Assembly: GCF_039654945.1 (NCBI RefSeq)
Contig: NW_027361754.1
Span: forward strand, 20,832,001-20,896,000
Length of the DNA: 64,000 nt
Reading direction: 5' to 3'
DNA from: Dendrobates tinctorius
Lineage: Eukaryota
Shown here: piece after piece, positions 61,001-64,000 of the stretch
Layout: each line of letters starts with the position of its first letter
How positions within the stretch are numbered: the stretch's first letter is position 1
The notes under the pieces: generated by a model
Told to the model about the DNA's origin: nothing
Database searches by the model: none
Seen by the model: only the letters and a program-made list of their open reading frames with translations
Program-made: the position numbers and the translations under genes

Positions 61001-61429
61001 GTGATTCCTCCAGGGCAGAGAATGGTCATAGCTTACAGTCCTTAGATGTAGTGGATATCCCATGTGAGATGACCCAACAATTACTCAAAAACCTTTTCCT
61101 AAGCATGCATTACAAAACCAAAAATGCAAGTATTTACACTCAGTCCCTCCTCTTTTTATCCGCCTTGTCCCTTTATTATAAGATTAATTGCCATTTTACT
61201 CCCAAATAGTAACATATATTTTACCGCTATACCCTCTGGAACCTAAACAGTTAAAAGCTTCATCTACTGACTTCCCACAACGACGTTCTGACTTTTTTTT
61301 TCATAATTTTAGCCCATATCCTGGATGAATTAACAGAACATGTTGGGAGTTGTAATCTCACAACAGCTAAGGAGTCGCAGTCCCTATAGATTGTACTACA
61401 TGAAACGAACAAAACAAGTAGAGAATTAC

Positions 61430-61621
61430 CTCTGAGAAGCCACTTTCTATCCAGGATGGAAGTCTAAGGAAAGGATATTTGAAGTAGAAAGGGGACAGCA
61501 TGGTGGGAAAGAGTTCAGACTCCTGAAGGTGATCTCCAAAACTCTGTTCAAAGATCCTGTTTGGGCCAAAGAAGGAGACAAATTGGCGGCGAAACCAGGG
61601 ATGTTGGATTGTCACATCCAT
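61430..61621 (-). CDS. CRYAB: CRYAB exon 1 (MDVTIQHPWFRRQF…PSWIESGFSE)
   Basis: Alpha-crystallin N-terminus; GTAATT donor; spliced product 172 aa; synteny next to CFAP68. Confidence 0.96.
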
Positions 61622-61694
61622 GTTCTTCAGGCGTTTGGTGGTAGCTGTCAGACAGAACTGTTCAGTGTTTGATTCACCCACCAAAATCCAATGG

Positions 61695-61760
61695 CCTTAT
61701 ATACAGAGTGGCGGCTCTTGTGCTCCTCCCCGGCACCCCAACATTGAACTTTCTGGAAAA
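61695..61760 (-). promoter_or_regulatory. CRYAB promoter: TATA box (TATATAA, ~61697-61703) and perfect heat-shock element GAActTTCtgGAA (61746-61758)
   Basis: Three inverted nGAAn units about 45 bp upstream of the TATA box. Confidence 0.8.
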
Positions 61761-62259
61761 GTGCTGTCAGATGGTTTCATTATCCCAGCACGCCTGTCTG
61801 CCCCCATTCAGTGGATAGACGGAGGATATGAGAAAAGACAAATCTTCTGTTCTCTGGACAAGTCATTGGATCAGCAAGTAATAGAGATGCTGATTATCTC
61901 TGTGCACATTGGATTAGCGGACAGCAGGATCATTTCAGCTACCGTACTGCGACATGACAAGGGATGAGTTCATTCTGAGATCTGACAGCTGATAATGTGA
62001 TCCCAGCCGCAGAGAGCAGCGTATTCCTCCTGCCATAGACCTGAATAATCCAGCTCTGGCCCACTGCCCTTCTGTGGGTCCACGTCTTATGAAGTGGGAT
62101 GAAGAAATATGTATTGTGACCTCTCCGCCATCTCCGTCAGCATACAACATGCCGAATTGTATTACTGTGTGTCACATTACTGTTACATAATAGCTGTAAC
62201 ATTAATACCACCTGTGTGATATAGTGCGAGCGTCCGGGTACGGACCCCACTACGGTCCC

Positions 62260-63940
62260 ATACACTTGCTCGGCCAATTTTCATTTTTCTGCTTTTTTTT
62301 TTCTCCCCTTTTTCCAAGAGTCAGAACATTTGTATTTGCAGTTGCAGCTTTAAATATAATGTCCTGAAAAATAGAGAAAAAAAAATTCCAGGTGGGAGAA
62401 AATGGTGAGAAAAAACAAAAAACAATTCCTCCATTTTTTTTGTTTCATTTTTACGCCATTCATTGTGCGGTACAATTGACCTGGTAATCTGATTCCCCAG
62501 ATGAGTACAATTGCAGTGATACCAAACTTTTTTGAAAAATTATTATTATTTTAGAACTTTTATTTTTTTTTTACTATTTTAGTGGTTTAAACAAATTTTT
62601 GAAAATGAAAAATATAATGGGTTGTGTCAATATTTTCTGAGACCCGTACCTTTTTATTTGAGGGCTTGTGTTTTGCATGCCAAGCTATAGTTTTTATTGG
62701 CAATATTTAATCACTTTACATTGTATTCCTGGGAGCAGTTCGGCAGCCAAAAAAATGGCAATTTTGAGTTTTTGGATTTTGTTATTTTATAGTTTAATTT
62801 CAGATTTTCATAGACAAACTTTATGGACACTGTTATATTGAACAAGTATTATTTTTAATTTAATCTCTTTATTTTTGGATGTAGAAAAGGGGGAGGGTGT
62901 GATTCAAACTTGATTTTTTTTATATATTTTCAGAAACCATCTATATTACATTTTCCTATATTTTTCGTTCTATATTTGTAGCATTACTTATGTTACAGTA
63001 TATATTGCATTGCTTCAACATTGCAGTATATGCTAATAGTTATGGATCTTCTATGAACCACACTTTTTTTTCATCTTAGTGGTAAACATTTTTTTCTGAA
63101 ATTGGTCACCGTTTTCTGAGGTCCGTATTTTTTACATTTTTATTGGTATTTGTGCCTTTTTGATAGCTTTTTATCTCATTTTTTTTGCAGTTTTGAGGAG
63201 CAGAGACTGAAAAAATTCTGTTTTTTTATGGATTAAATCATTTGCTATTTTTTGATCTGACATTTTGCACATGGCAGTACCGAACATGTTTATTTTTTAT
63301 TAAAGGAGCGATTTATACTTTTATATATTTTTTTCTAAACTTTTTTTTCTATTTTTACCTATAAGTCTCCTTAGGGGACTTGAACCTTCGATCGTTTGAT
63401 CTCATACTATAAAATGAAATATCTCAGTGTTGCAGTATACTGCATAGTGAAGTCACTGTTCTTCCATGAAGTCCTGCCTGTGGCTGAGCTTCATTGAAGG
63501 ACCAAGATGGCAGTGACGGTGGCCTTCCAAAGTAATTCATCAGCTACATCTCAGATGGCCAATGGAAGCTGGTGGCAATGGCGTCATTTAGATGCCAATG
63601 TCAGAGATGCGATTGGAGCTCGGATACACATGCAAGCTATGTAATATACAAAGGCTTGTGGAGAGAGCGCAGCTCCTGAGCTCTCTCCAAAGGTTAATGC
63701 AGCACAGGATACTATTCCTCAGTCTAACCCTATGGAATTGACCATTGTGATGTCTAGCGGTTACCGCCATTAGATCCGTGTGTTCAGCATGAGCAGTATA
63801 TGCACAGAGAGCTGCATTACACGGATATAAAAAAAGTTCAATTTTTATTATAATACAATATAAAATATAAATTAGAATACAATATAAAATATAAATGTGA
63901 CATAACGACTTTCAGGAGTAGACAGAAGCACCAGGGTTAA
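62260..63940. mobile_element. Degenerate AT-rich non-autonomous DNA element(s), possibly piggyBac-like
   Basis: T-rich low-complexity interior ending in GGGTTAA at ~63934-63940; left boundary not resolved. Confidence 0.35.
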
Positions 63941-64000
63941 CACTCATTAGTATAACAGTATTGCACATGTCCCGCATTTTCATCGTCTTAATCCTCAACA

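Overview
Vertebrate genomic DNA, most likely an anuran amphibian (inferred from the repeat repertoire), covering the conserved ALG9 - FDXACB1 - CFAP68(C11orf1) - CRYAB gene block. ALG9 (minus, coding exons 1-6; the gene runs off the window start), FDXACB1 (minus, 5 coding exons, 580 aa), CFAP68 (plus, 3 coding exons, 127 aa) and CRYAB (minus, 3 exons, 172 aa) were assembled by hand from GT-AG boundaries with consistent phases. The introns are packed with nested mobile DNA: a hAT element with an intact transposase ORF carrying an intact DD36E (Incomer-type) Tc1; a full-length DIRS retrotransposon interrupted by a Rex1/Babar-like LINE; a young chromodomain Gypsy inside a dead Tc1, itself inside a 20-bp satellite; solo LTRs, L2 fragments, Harbinger and hAT MITEs, and several minisatellites. 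The top finding is a non-coding 351-bp repeat unit at 9404-10536 in ALG9 intron 2. It carries three minimal type I hammerhead ribozymes and is arranged as a twin-primed (inverted) multimer with a target-site duplication, i.e. a retrozyme or Penelope-like circular-RNA-type element. Also notable: a direct Tf1-style self-priming signature in the Gypsy LTR/PBS, and a 499-bp near-perfect CpG-rich palindromic MITE.
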